Counted from the stretch's first letter, positions 18,463-28,611 are shown. The stretch is DNA of 64,000 bases from Acidobacteriota bacterium (GCA_963666055.2 CAXWPH010000007.1:293921-357920); one strand, 5' to 3'. A program made the numbers and translations. Notes: generated by a model not told the origin, from the sequence alone.

Positions 18463-20832
18463 CTATCGAGCTTCGGCTGCAAAGGCGCGGCTTAGCAACG
18501 ACCAGTCGGCTACCCCCAGTGGAGCACCGCCCGACTCGATGCGAAGCACCAACCCCTCACCCGCGATGATAACGCCCTCACCCAGCGCCAAGGCGGGCTT
18601 CAGACCGGGGAACTGCCGATGTAACTCGAACCAATCGCGGCTGTACGACGCTACGCTGATCGCCGGCAACCCGGAGGCGGCGCGCACGTCGCGCAATCCA
18701 TCGGCGGTTTCGACGAACAGCCGCCTTCCGACGCGCCGCCAGCTCGATGCCTTGCTCAGCCGACCGCCCAGCGCCGGTGCGGCCGCCAGGATTTCATCGG
18801 CCTCGCTCACCGATGCCGCAGCGCGCAGTCGGCTGCTGACCAGCGCCTGGCGCAGCGCCGTCTCGCCGGTCTGCTCGGCCGGCGGCAGAGCGAAACGCCG
18901 GGCGCGACGCTGCGCTTCCTCGCGATCATCGGCCAAATGAGGCTCTTGCACCAGATAGGAGGTGTACTCGGTGAGCACGCCATATCGCAGACCCAGCGTC
19001 CGGATCTCCTCGATCAGCTCACGATCCGGGCCGTGCAGACGCAACTGCGCGGTCAGCGCGCCGACCTTCCGCGACGCCCAGATCCGCGCCACGTACTCGT
19101 TGTCGCGCTGCCGGTGTGGAAAGTCGACCTCGAACGTGAACCGCTCGCGCCTGCCAGCACGCTCGCCCTCGAGCACCAAGCTACCGACACCACCACCGCG
19201 GTAGCGGCCGGTAACCACGAGCTCCTGGCCATGGAACAAGTCGGGCAGCGGGCCCGGGTGAAGGTCCTCGATGGTGGCCGGCGCCGAGACAATACGCAGA
19301 TCCGACAATACCGGAGCACCGATTCGGCGGCCGAGCGCGGCAACCGCGCGCTCGACGCTCTCGCCCGCACGCACGTAATCGACGGTGCCTCGGCCCGCTT
19401 CCACCAGACGATCAAGCAGGTAGGTGTTCACATCGTCGCCCACACCGAAGGCAAAGACTCTCTCGCCGTCTCGTAGCTGCTCCGCCGCGGCGCTGATCCG
19501 CACCGGGTCGGTCTCACCCACTGTCGGCAGGCCGTCGGTAAGAAACAGCACCATCGTCAACCGACCCTCGACCACCTGTGGCTGCAGCGCCGCGCGCAGC
19601 GCACCGTCGATGTTGGTGCTGCCATCCGCCGGCACGCGGTGCAGGTACTCGATGGCAAGCGCGACGTTCTCGGGACTGGCCGGCAGGTAAGCGGGCTCGT
19701 ACGAGCGCACCGCGCTAGAGAAGGTGATCAAGCGGAAGCGGTCGTGTAGGCGCAGGCCGCGTAGCACCTGCTCGAGAGCCGAGCGCGCCTGTTCGATCTT
19801 GTGGCCCGCCATCGATCCCGACACGTCGAGCACGAGCGAGACATCGCGAGCGATGGTCGCCGTGGTCTCCGCCGCCGGCGGGTTGAGCAGCAGCAGGAAA
19901 TATCCATCCTCGTTGCCGGGATCCGGAGCATGCGCCAGCAGGCTGGCGCCGATGGTGGAACCGAGCCGCGGCAAGAGCAGCTCGAAGGCGGCACCGCCCG
20001 TGCGACGCTCGTTTTCGAGCAGGCGCACCTCGACCAGGTTATCGTCACGACGAACGACGTCGATCGCATCGGTGGGCGAATACGGGGTGCCCAGCATCGA
20101 GGCGTTCTCTATGCGTACGTGCACCACCGATGCCAGCGCCGGGGCGGTCGGCATTATCGGGCGTCGGATATCCGTCCGAGGCTCCGGAAATCTCTCGGGG
20201 CCCTCGCCGCGCAGATCCATCACGCTGGCCGTACGCGGGAACCGCATGCGCAGCGCGTCGCCGAGCAGCGGCAGCACCTGCGTATAGCGCAGGATGATGC
20301 GGCGCGTACCGCCCGGCTCGATCGGAAACACGCGGGCGCGGATAAGGTCGTGGCCGGCAAGCTCGACCAGCGCCGGATCGCGCCGCTTGCGCACGATCTC
20401 CTCGTAGATTGCCCTCGCCTGATCGGCCCGCAGCATCTCGCCCCGCATCTCGTTCTCGCCAGCGAACAGGGACAGGTTGTGAAACACCGCACCGCGCGGA
20501 ATCGCGTACAGGTAGTCGCCCTCGAGAACGCGGCCGGCGTTGTTGCGGAACTCCTCGAGCACCTCGAAATCGGCGAGACGAGTGCGCGCGTCGATTCGGA
20601 TGGTGACCTCGCTGCGCACACGCTCGACCATCGCATCGACTAGCGGGCGGATCGGCGTGGCCACTCGAGCGGCGAACAGCCTCGAAACGCCATCGCCGGA
20701 CGCGCTGGACTGGATCGTCGCTGGCGAGACGGCGGCGGCACCGAGAAGCGCCGGAAACACCACGAGCGCCGGGAGCCAGGCGCGGCGCGTTGGCCGTTTC
20801 GGGCGCCGCGACGAGCGATGTCTGGAAGTCAT
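18463..20832 (-). CDS. Secreted VIT + von Willebrand A domain protein (inter-alpha-trypsin inhibitor-like)
   Basis: IYEEIVRKRRDPALVE (VIT); MIDAS motif DVSGSM and FLTDGLPT; YTSYLV; RBS AGGAG. Confidence 0.9.
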   Translation of the reverse strand: MTSRHRSSRRPKRPTRRAWLPALVVFPALLGAAAVSPATIQSSASGDGVSRLFAARVATPIRPLVDAMVERVRSEVTIRIDARTRLADFEVLEEFRNNAGRVLEGDYLYAIPRGAVFHNLSLFAGENEMRGEMLRADQARAIYEEIVRKRRDPALVELAGHDLIRARVFPIEPGGTRRIILRYTQVLPLLGDALRMRFPRTASVMDLRGEGPERFPEPRTDIRRPIMPTAPALASVVHVRIENASMLGTPYSPTDAIDVVRRDDNLVEVRLLENERRTGGAAFELLLPRLGSTIGASLLAHAPDPGNEDGYFLLLLNPPAAETTATIARDVSLVLDVSGSMAGHKIEQARSALEQVLRGLRLHDRFRLITFSSAVRSYEPAYLPASPENVALAIEYLHRVPADGSTNIDGALRAALQPQVVEGRLTMVLFLTDGLPTVGETDPVRISAAAEQLRDGERVFAFGVGDDVNTYLLDRLVEAGRGTVDYVRAGESVERAVAALGRRIGAPVLSDLRIVSAPATIEDLHPGPLPDLFHGQELVVTGRYRGGGVGSLVLEGERAGRRERFTFEVDFPHRQRDNEYVARIWASRKVGALTAQLRLHGPDRELIEEIRTLGLRYGVLTEYTSYLVQEPHLADDREEAQRRARRFALPPAEQTGETALRQALVSSRLRAAASVSEADEILAAAPALGGRLSKASSWRRVGRRLFVETADGLRDVRAASGLPAISVASYSRDWFELHRQFPGLKPALALGEGVIIAGEGLVLRIESGGAPLGVADWSLLSRAFAAEAR

Positions 20833-20975
20833 GGTGTGTCTCCTGTTGTGTGGGTGGGGGGTCAAAATTTCCTGAACCAACCCTGAGACGCACGAGCGCA
20901 CCAAACTTGCACACCGCGGGAGAAGGAACCCGGCCCTAGGCAGACTGCGGCCACTGGACCGGATACCCTGAGGGC

Positions 20976-21518
20976 GTGAATGAAACGACGACGTTGGGTG
21001 GCGGCTGTTTCTGGTGCCTGGAGGCCGTGTACAACGAGCTTTCGGGCGTCGAGGCGGTGACGTCGGGCTACGCCGGCGGCCATGCTGCGGACCCGACCTA
21101 CGAGGAGGTCTGCACCGGCTCCACGAACCACGCCGAGGTCATCCGCGTCGAGTTCGACCCCGAGATCATCTCCTACGGCGAAATTCTCGAGGTCTTCTTC
21201 GGCGTCCACGATCCGACGACCCTCAACCAGCAGGGGGCCGATGTCGGCACCCAGTACCGGTCGGTGATCTATTACGAGACCCCGGAGCAAGGGGAGCTGG
21301 CGACAGAGATCATCGCTCGACTCCAAGCCGAGAGCGTGTTCCCGCAGCCAATCGTTACCGAGGTGGCACCCCTCGACACGTTTTACGCCGCCGAGACCTA
21401 CCACCTCGACTACTACGCGCGGAACACCGGCATGCGCTACTGCCAGGTGGTGATCGGGCCAAAGCTCGCCAAGCTGCGCAAGCAGTTTGCCGCGAGGCTG
21501 AAAGAAACTGCCCATTGA
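20976..21518 (+). CDS. msrA: Peptide-methionine (S)-S-oxide reductase
   Basis: GGGCFWCLE, HDPTTLNQQGADVGTQYRS, AETYH. Confidence 0.97.
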   Translation: MNETTTLGGGCFWCLEAVYNELSGVEAVTSGYAGGHAADPTYEEVCTGSTNHAEVIRVEFDPEIISYGEILEVFFGVHDPTTLNQQGADVGTQYRSVIYYETPEQGELATEIIARLQAESVFPQPIVTEVAPLDTFYAAETYHLDYYARNTGMRYCQVVIGPKLAKLRKQFAARLKETAH

Positions 21519-22075
21519 ACCAGGTTCAACAAGCGCTCAACGCGCGCACCACGGTTCACAAGTACAGGCCGGGGCCGGTTCCCGAGGGCTGCATCGAGCG
21601 CGCACTCGAAGCTGCGCTCGCCGCGCCTAACCATCGCATGACCGAGCCATGGCGGTTCGTGAGCGCCGGAGCACAGACACGCGAGCAGCTGAGTGAGATC
21701 GCGCTGCAGCTCAAGGTCGCCAAGCTAGGCGATAGCAAGCAGTTGCGCCGGGTGATCCGCGCCAAGTTCCTTGATCCCGCGCATCTGATGGTGGTGTCGC
21801 AGGTGCTCGAGCAGGACCCGGTGATGGCGCGCGAGGACTACGCTGCCATCGCCTGTGCCATCCAGAACTTCATGCTGTCGCTGCACTCCGAGGGCGTGGG
21901 GTCGAAGTGGAGCACCAGCAAGGTGATCCAACAATCCGATACCTATCGCATCCTGGAGATCGATCCGGAGACCGCGGAGATCGTCGCGTTCATTTGGGTC
22001 GGCGTACCGGCTCAGGTACCCACCAAGCGTGCCCGGAGCCGCGATCTCGCCGGGCTGTGGCGCCAGCTGCCCTAG
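21515..22075 (+). CDS. Nitroreductase family protein
   Basis: RTTVHKY, APNHRMTEPWRF, EDYAAIACAIQNFML. TTG start overlaps the msrA stop. Confidence 0.88.
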   Translation: MNQVQQALNARTTVHKYRPGPVPEGCIERALEAALAAPNHRMTEPWRFVSAGAQTREQLSEIALQLKVAKLGDSKQLRRVIRAKFLDPAHLMVVSQVLEQDPVMAREDYAAIACAIQNFMLSLHSEGVGSKWSTSKVIQQSDTYRILEIDPETAEIVAFIWVGVPAQVPTKRARSRDLAGLWRQLP

Positions 22076-22092
22076 CAGGCCGCGGTGGAAGT
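22072..22092 (+). repeat. CTAGCAGG-family repeat
   Basis: CTAGCAGGCCGCGGTGGAAGT, overlapping the nitroreductase TAG. Confidence 0.6.
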
Positions 22093-22129
22093 ATGGTGCC
22101 CGGGAGCCGGCTCGCTGAGCAGCCGGACC

Positions 22130-22312
22130 AGAAGAACTGGTCGATCAGCACGGGGTTGCCGTCGGGATCCAACGGTCTGATGTGGCCCGCCCCCTCACCA
22201 TGAACTCCTCGAGCTGCTCGGCAGTGTTGTCGAGCCCCGCGTTAAACGTCAGAATGTTTCTCTCGAACATTCCCCCTGGAACAGCCCGATCAGACAGGTC
22301 CCATTCTTGACG
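22130..22312 (-). pseudogene. Degraded VOC/glyoxalase gene
   Basis: KNGTCLIGLFQG / MFERNILTFN...AEQLEEF / GAGHIRPLDPDGNPVLIDQ in three different frames; N-terminus and a central segment are missing. Confidence 0.75.
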
Positions 22313-22399
22313 TGTGGTGTTCGGGGCGAACGTAATGGTCGACTTGCCGTGCGGAACATCAGACCCCATCGATCGAAGACACCGAACGGCCAGCTGCCG

Positions 22400-23581
22400 A
22401 TGGCGCGGCCGGTCCGCGCTGTCGCGTGCATCGTAGGGCTCGCCGCGTCGACGAGCTGGGCCGCGGCAACCGTGGGCGCGGCGGGCGTGGCCACACCGCC
22501 ACCACAACCGGATGTCGCGGCCATCGCCGAGCGGATTCTCGCGCGCACGGACCTGCAACAGGGCGAGCGCGTGCTGCTGGTCGCCCGACCGGGCCGTTTC
22601 GATGAGTTGGTTCCCCGCCTGCGCAACGGCATCCGTGCGGCCGGGGGCACCGATCTCGGCGCAATCCTGGCCTCAGGGCGAGCAGCGGTCGGGGACGCCA
22701 CCGAGTTCACACGCAGCCTCGTGCGCCTGCCGCGGGCGCGGCTGGTCGAGAGACTCCTGGACGTCGATCTGGCGATAATGCTACCCGACACCACCCCGGC
22801 CGACCTCGTCTATGCCGCCATGCAGGATGTGCTGTGGCAGGGGCGCGGACGCACGATCCACTTCCACTGGTCGGGCGCCTACGAGCTATCCGGCAATCTG
22901 CGCGAGGTCGATGCCGAAGTCGACGCTCTCTATGCGCGGGTGCTGCGCGACACCGATTACGCGGCACTCTCTGCTGCGCAGCGCGGCTTCGAAGCGGCAA
23001 TACGCAACGCCGAGATCCGGGTCACTACCCCGGCAGGCACCAATCTGCGGTTCCGCATCGGCGATCGGCCAGTAACGCGCCAGGACGGCGACGCCTCCGC
23101 CGCCCGCGCCGCGCAGGCGCGCAACCTCATCGACCGCGAGATCGAGCTCCCGGCTGGCGCAATCCGCGTCGCGCCGCTCGAGGAGACCGTGCAGGGGACC
23201 GTCGCCTTCCCGCCATCGATGTGGAACAGCGCCATTGTCGAGGGCCTGGTGCTGACCTTTCGCGACGGTGTGGTGGTGTCGGCCGCTGCAGACAGGGGGC
23301 TCGAGGCCGCTGAGGCGGTGCTGCAACGAGGCGGTATTTCGGCACGATCGTTCCGCGAGTTCGCGCTTGGCTTCAACCCGCTGCTGGCCATCCCCGAAGG
23401 CGCCCCCTGGATCCCCGACTACGGGTATGGCGCCGGAGTGGTGCGCCTGTCGCTGGGCGACAACTCGGAGCTCGGGGGCAACGTCGGCGGTGGGTTCGTG
23501 CGCTGGAACTTCTTCGTCGACGCCACGATCACCGTCGACGGCGACATCTGGGTACGGAATGGACGGCTAGTGCCACGGTAG
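22400..23581 (+). CDS. Secreted protein with peptidase M29 (aminopeptidase T)-like fold
   Basis: Signal peptide; IRVTTPAGTNLRF, ELPAGAIRVAP, LTFRDGVV, REFALGFNP, LSLGDNSELGG. Confidence 0.7.
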   Translation: MARPVRAVACIVGLAASTSWAAATVGAAGVATPPPQPDVAAIAERILARTDLQQGERVLLVARPGRFDELVPRLRNGIRAAGGTDLGAILASGRAAVGDATEFTRSLVRLPRARLVERLLDVDLAIMLPDTTPADLVYAAMQDVLWQGRGRTIHFHWSGAYELSGNLREVDAEVDALYARVLRDTDYAALSAAQRGFEAAIRNAEIRVTTPAGTNLRFRIGDRPVTRQDGDASAARAAQARNLIDREIELPAGAIRVAPLEETVQGTVAFPPSMWNSAIVEGLVLTFRDGVVVSAAADRGLEAAEAVLQRGGISARSFREFALGFNPLLAIPEGAPWIPDYGYGAGVVRLSLGDNSELGGNVGGGFVRWNFFVDATITVDGDIWVRNGRLVPR

Positions 23582-23650
23582 GAGGCGGGCCACCCGCTTC
23601 GCCGCGACGGCGGATTACGCTACTCGACTCATCGCCAGTGGGAGAAGCCC

Positions 23651-23845
23651 TTGGCTCAAGCCCATCGCGTCGCCATCATCGCCGGAGACGGAGTAGGTCC
23701 GGAGGTCGTTCACGAGGGGCTCCGCGTGCTGCGCGCCACCGCCGACCGCTTCGGCCTCGAGATCGGCATTACCTCGCTCAGAGGCGGCGCCACACCCACC
23801 GACGAGCTCGGCGGCCTGGTCGTCGAGCAGCTGCGCGCCGGGTAA
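23651..23845 (+). pseudogene. Tartrate/isopropylmalate dehydrogenase-family relic (N- and C-termini fused)
   Basis: HRVAIIAGDGVGPEVVHEGLRVL joined directly to GGATPTDELG...; only 64 aa. Confidence 0.8.
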
Positions 23846-23851
23846 CCGATC

Positions 23852-24550
23852 ATGCGGGTACTGCTGCTGCAGAACTGCGAGCTCGAGACCTTCGGACGCT
23901 ATGCGGAGTATCTCGACACCAACAACATCGAGCACCAGCTCGTACACGCGTATTCCGGCGCGCTGATTCCGGCCGACGAGCCGTGGGACGCGATCCTCGT
24001 AGGGGGCACGCCGATCAGCGCCTACGAGGCCGATGAGCACGAGTTCCTGCGCGCCGAGCTGAGCTTCTTGCGCGAGGCGATCGACCAGGACGTCGCCTGC
24101 CTCGGCGTCTGCTGCGGCGGTCAGATCCTGGCGAGCCTGCTCGGCGGAGCTGCCCGCCCCCAGGGATACCGAGAGCTCGGCGTCTACGAGGTGGAGATCG
24201 ACGAAGGCGCCACCGCCGACCCCCTGCTCGTCGGGTTTCCGTCGCGGTTCCCGGTGTTCCACTGGCACGGCGACACCTTCGACCCGCCCCCGGATGGCCA
24301 CGTGCTCGTACGCGGCCTCGACGACGGCCAGCAATCGTTCCGCAGCGGCCGCCAGGCGGGTGTGCAGTTCCACCTCGAAACCTCGGCAGCGGAAGCAGCG
24401 CGCTGGGCCGTGGCGTACGACGATGAGCTACACGAGTTCGGAGGCAACGCCAATGCCATCGTGCGACGGTGCGAGGCAACCGAAGCGGTCCGCTTCCACC
24501 TCGCCGATCAACTGATGGCGAACTTCCTACGAATCGCCGCCCGCAGCTGA
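23852..24550 (+). CDS. Class I glutamine amidotransferase
   Basis: LGVCCGGQ nucleophile motif, FHWHGDTF, GVQFHLE. Confidence 0.9.
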   Translation: MRVLLLQNCELETFGRYAEYLDTNNIEHQLVHAYSGALIPADEPWDAILVGGTPISAYEADEHEFLRAELSFLREAIDQDVACLGVCCGGQILASLLGGAARPQGYRELGVYEVEIDEGATADPLLVGFPSRFPVFHWHGDTFDPPPDGHVLVRGLDDGQQSFRSGRQAGVQFHLETSAAEAARWAVAYDDELHEFGGNANAIVRRCEATEAVRFHLADQLMANFLRIAARS

Positions 24551-24618
24551 GCTGAGGGCAGCACCCCATACGATCGGAGAGCGTGATCGCTAGCGCTTAC
24601 GACTCGAGCGCGGGCGCC

Positions 24619-24645
24619 TATATAATCGGCCACCGATATATCGGT
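24619..24645. promoter_or_regulatory. Putative PadR operator: perfect palindrome ACCGATATATCGGT next to a TATAAT
   Basis: 14-bp palindrome at 24632-24645, about 25 bp upstream of the PadR GTG start. Confidence 0.55.
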
Positions 24646-24669
24646 CGACGATCTATTGGGAAGACCATC

Positions 24670-25014
24670 GTGGGATCCTCCGACGCACGCGCCCCACTCA
24701 CACCGGCGACGCTGCATATCTTGCTGTCGTTGGCACAGGCTGACCGCCACGGCTACGCCGTGCGCCAGGACGTCGAGGCTCGTACTTCCGGCGACCTGAG
24801 GCTCGGCCCCGGAACGCTGTACGAGGCTCTTCATCGGATGCTCGGGGCAGGCTGGGTCGACGTCGTGGCCGAACCCGTCGAGCGACGGCGGAAAGTCTAC
24901 CGGCTCACGCCCGCCGGGCAGGCGGAACTGGCCACAGAGCTCGAGCGCCTCGACGCAATCGTGCAATTCGCTCGCGCCAGCAAGCTCCTCCCCGATCCAG
25001 GATCACACGCTTGA
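24670..25014 (+). CDS. PadR family transcriptional regulator
   Basis: HILLSL...RHGYAV...LGPGTLYEAL...RRKVYRLT. Confidence 0.92.
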   Translation: MGSSDARAPLTPATLHILLSLAQADRHGYAVRQDVEARTSGDLRLGPGTLYEALHRMLGAGWVDVVAEPVERRRKVYRLTPAGQAELATELERLDAIVQFARASKLLPDPGSHA

Positions 25015-27668
25015 GCGACTGGTACCTGACCGCTCTTCTGCGCCTGTTTCCCCGCAAGTTCCGTCGACAACACGGCGAGGAAATCCGGCACGACGTGGCA
25101 GCCGAGCGCGGCCAGCGCCCGACGCGGCTCGCCCGCGCCGCGCTGTGGTTCGAGATCACCATCGACCTCCTGCGATCGGCGCGACGGGTTCGCGCCCCTT
25201 ACCGACACCAACTCCTGACGCATCCCCGCACCGCCACCAGCGGTGGAGTCGAGACCATGGCCTCCGTTCTGCAGGACCTGCGCCACGCCGTCCGAGCGCT
25301 CTTGCGCACCCCGGTCACCTCGCTGGTCATCGTGCTCACGCTGGCCCTCGGCATCGGCATGAACACGTCGATCTTCAGCGTCGTCAACGCCGTGTTGCTG
25401 CGACCGTTCGAGTACCGTGAGCCCGACCGGCTGGTGCATATCGGGGCCAACTACGCGTCCGACGGAGTCTTCGACAGCAACCACGCCGGAGGCATCTACC
25501 GCCGCATCCAGGCGAGCAGCGACACGCTCGTCGAGGTGGCGGCGGTGCGCAACATCCAGCAGAACCTGTCGGGAGTGCCGACGCCGTTGCAGGCGCAGGT
25601 GGGCTGGGTGTCCGACAACATCTTCTCGATGCTCGGCGTGAGTGCGATCCGCGGCCGGCTGTTCTCAGCGAACGACCCACCCGGCCTCGCCGTCCTGAGC
25701 CACCGGCTCTGGCAGACGACGTTCACGGCCGACCCGGAAGCCATCGGCCAGGTCGTCGCTCTCGACGGGGTTCCCTACACGATCATCGGTGTGCTGCCGG
25801 CCGAGTTCCGCCTGCGGGTCTGGAGCTCGCCGCGCCGAATCGATATCTGGAAGCTCCCCGACAACGTCTGGGCCAACGGCGACGTGTGGGACGCCACTGG
25901 GCTGAGCTTCAGCCTGCTGAAGGTGTTCGGCAGGCTGCATGACGACGCCACCATCGAGCAGGCACGCGACGAGATGGGCGCCATCGCCGACCAGGTGCGC
26001 GAGGAGTATTCGGAATACCGAGAGGCCGGCTTCGACATGTCGGTGGTGCCGCTGCTCGAGACCGTCGTCGGCAACGTTCGCCCGACGTTGCTGTTGCTCA
26101 TGGGTGCCGTCGGGTTCGTGTTGCTGATCGCTTGCGCCAACATCGTCGGCCTCATGCTGGTGCGCGCCCAGGGCCGACAACGCGAGATGTTGCTTCGACT
26201 GGCGCTGGGCTCGCCGCGCAGCCGCATCGTGCGGCTGCTGCTGTCGGAAGCGTTGGTGCTCACTCTCGTTGGCGGCGCGATCGGAGCCACGCTCGCCGTG
26301 GCGACGACCGACTTGCTGGCGAGCTTCCGGCCGGACGGGCTGCCGCGCCTGGACGCCGTCACGATGGATCTTCGCGTGCTCGGCTTCGCGCTCGCCGCAA
26401 CGCTCGTGTGCACGTTGGTGTTCGGCTTGGCCCCGGCCACCACGATCGGCCGGACGGGGCTGGTGACCCGACTTGCAGGCAACCGCAGCACGCCTCGGCT
26501 CGGACGCCTGCGCGACGCTCTGGTGGTCGTCCAGATCGCGCTCTCCGTGGTTTTGCTCATCGGCGCGGGATTGTTGACCGCGAGCTTGATGAGGCTCCGG
26601 AGCGTAGACCCCGGATTCCAGACGACGCAGCTGCTCACGTTCTCGATCTCGCTGCCTGGCGCGCGGTACGAATGGCCGGCTGGAACCGGTCGCTTCCATC
26701 GCCAGCTCGAGGAGCGCATCGAGACGCTCCCGGGAGTCACCTCGGCCGGGGTGATCTGGCCCCTGCCGCTCACCGATATCTGGAGCGGACAGTACGTCGC
26801 CGGCGACGTCACCGAGGAGGATCGGGCGCCGTCTCAATACCGGCTCGCCACGCCCGGCTTCTTCGCCACCGTGGGCATTCCGATCCGTTCCGGCCGTGGC
26901 TTAGAGTCCACCGATGCTGCGCAGGTCGCCATCATCAGCAGGGCGCTGGCAGAGCGCTCATGGCCGAGCCAGAACCCCCTTGGCCGGCACGTCCGGGCTG
27001 ACCCCTGGGGCCGCGGCCTGACCGAGTTCGAGGTCATCGGCGTGGCGAACGACGTGCGCTATCGGAGGCTCCGCGAGGCCCCCATGGAAACGATCTACTT
27101 CGACTCGCGCAACTGGTCGTGGGTCGACTGGGAGGTCGATTTCGTGGTCAGCAGCCAGGTAGAGCCGCTGGCCCTGGTCGATCCGATCCGTGAGCTGCTA
27201 AGCGACATGGACGCCGAGATTCCGATGGCCGAGGTGCAGACGATGGCCGCCTACGTGGACGCCCGGTTGGCCCCCAACCGGTACGCGCTGGCGCTGGTCG
27301 GCCTGTTCGCCAGCGTCGCCGGCTTGCTGGCGATGCTCGGACTGTACGGCGTCGTATCGCACGGGGTCGGGGAGCGCACGCGCGAGATCGGAATCCGCAT
27401 GGCGCTCGGATCAGATCGCGGCCACATCGCCAGGCTCATCCTGACACGGGGAGCTCGCCTGAGCTTCGTGGGGCTGACCCTCGGCCTGGCCGGCTCACTG
27501 GGGCTGACCAGGCTGCTCACCGGATTCCTATTCGGCGTGGCGCCCACTGATCCGACGACGTTCATCACCATATCGGTCGCGCTGCTCGCCGTGAGCCTGA
27601 CCGCCAGCTATTTGCCCGCCCGGCGAGCCGTGCGCCTGGACGTGATCACCGTGTTGCGAACGGAGTGA
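25011..27668 (+). CDS. ADOP-type duplicated MacB/FtsX-like permease
   Basis: LTLALGIGMNTSIFSVVNAVLL, LLIACAN, VQIALSVVLLIGAGL, REIGIRMALG, LPARRA. Confidence 0.93.
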   Translation: MSDWYLTALLRLFPRKFRRQHGEEIRHDVAAERGQRPTRLARAALWFEITIDLLRSARRVRAPYRHQLLTHPRTATSGGVETMASVLQDLRHAVRALLRTPVTSLVIVLTLALGIGMNTSIFSVVNAVLLRPFEYREPDRLVHIGANYASDGVFDSNHAGGIYRRIQASSDTLVEVAAVRNIQQNLSGVPTPLQAQVGWVSDNIFSMLGVSAIRGRLFSANDPPGLAVLSHRLWQTTFTADPEAIGQVVALDGVPYTIIGVLPAEFRLRVWSSPRRIDIWKLPDNVWANGDVWDATGLSFSLLKVFGRLHDDATIEQARDEMGAIADQVREEYSEYREAGFDMSVVPLLETVVGNVRPTLLLLMGAVGFVLLIACANIVGLMLVRAQGRQREMLLRLALGSPRSRIVRLLLSEALVLTLVGGAIGATLAVATTDLLASFRPDGLPRLDAVTMDLRVLGFALAATLVCTLVFGLAPATTIGRTGLVTRLAGNRSTPRLGRLRDALVVVQIALSVVLLIGAGLLTASLMRLRSVDPGFQTTQLLTFSISLPGARYEWPAGTGRFHRQLEERIETLPGVTSAGVIWPLPLTDIWSGQYVAGDVTEEDRAPSQYRLATPGFFATVGIPIRSGRGLESTDAAQVAIISRALAERSWPSQNPLGRHVRADPWGRGLTEFEVIGVANDVRYRRLREAPMETIYFDSRNWSWVDWEVDFVVSSQVEPLALVDPIRELLSDMDAEIPMAEVQTMAAYVDARLAPNRYALALVGLFASVAGLLAMLGLYGVVSHGVGERTREIGIRMALGSDRGHIARLILTRGARLSFVGLTLGLAGSLGLTRLLTGFLFGVAPTDPTTFITISVALLAVSLTASYLPARRAVRLDVITVLRTE

Positions 27669-27753
27669 TATGAAGGGACGGTCGTCAAGGCAGAAAAGTT
27701 CGATAGGAGCGGTTCACCTCCCGGGTTGAAGGGAGGCCGCCCGAGGAGCTGTG

Positions 27754-28221
27754 ATGGTGGAAGACAACTCCAGTGCACAACAGGAAGCCATCGCCACGAT
27801 CGGTGAGCTCGTGGATCGAGAGACCCGCGCCTGGGACACGCAGGACGTCGAGCTGCTGATGTCGATCCTCCACCCCGGCATGGTGTGGCCATGGCCACCG
27901 CATGCTCAGGCGCACGACCCGTTGGACTGGGTGCTCGACTGGGGTCGCTACGACGAGGCGCGCTGGAGGCGAAGATGGCAGGCACTGTTCGACACCCACG
28001 AGTTGGTGCACAACCGGCGCGAGACCCTGAGCATCGTGGTTTCGAGCGAGGCCGACGGCGGGCTCGCGGTGGTCGATGTCGACACGCTGTGGCACGACGC
28101 CGACGGCAACGACTTCCACTGGCTCGGGCGCGCCGGGAAGATCTACACCAAGGTCGGCAGTGACTGGAACTTGATCGCACACACTGGGCTGCTCGAATAC
28201 CCGCCGCGGCCTCACTGCTAG
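27754..28221 (+). CDS. NTF2/SnoaL-like protein
   Basis: DRETRAWD, AVVDVDTLW, KIYTKV...HTG. Confidence 0.75.
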   Translation: MVEDNSSAQQEAIATIGELVDRETRAWDTQDVELLMSILHPGMVWPWPPHAQAHDPLDWVLDWGRYDEARWRRRWQALFDTHELVHNRRETLSIVVSSEADGGLAVVDVDTLWHDADGNDFHWLGRAGKIYTKVGSDWNLIAHTGLLEYPPRPHC

Positions 28222-28253
28222 GCACCTCCGGCGACGGAGGATATGGTCTGGGG

Positions 28254-28604
28254 ATGTCCGGGAGCGAGGTTGCGCATCGAGTCGGTCGCGCTACGGGTCT
28301 GGCCTCCGGCACCGTGGCGATCGCCCTCTGGATGATGTTCGCTTCGCGCATCATGACCAGCGGTAACACCGGCGGTTTGCTGGTAGCGCTGACGATGATC
28401 GCGGTGGCGATCGGCGCAATCGGCGGATCGGTCGCCGCGAGTCCGGGCGTGCTGCTGATCGCTTTCGCTGTATCGTTCGTGCCCGTCGGCCTCTACATGC
28501 TCGGAACGCCGAGCATCTTCGCGGGCATCGGCCTGGCTAACCTGCTGTACTTCGTCTCGGCTGTGCTGTTGTGGATGGCGCGAAGAGGCACCGGCACCGC
28601 ATGA
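28254..28604 (+). CDS. Hypothetical membrane protein
   Basis: RBS GGAGG; about 4 hydrophobic helices. Confidence 0.65.
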   Translation: MSGSEVAHRVGRATGLASGTVAIALWMMFASRIMTSGNTGGLLVALTMIAVAIGAIGGSVAASPGVLLIAFAVSFVPVGLYMLGTPSIFAGIGLANLLYFVSAVLLWMARRGTGTA

Positions 28605-28611
28605 GGCTCCG

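Noticed and set aside
27669-27705. YEGTVVKAEKF resembling an S1-domain fragment
   Set aside because: Too short to support a relic call.
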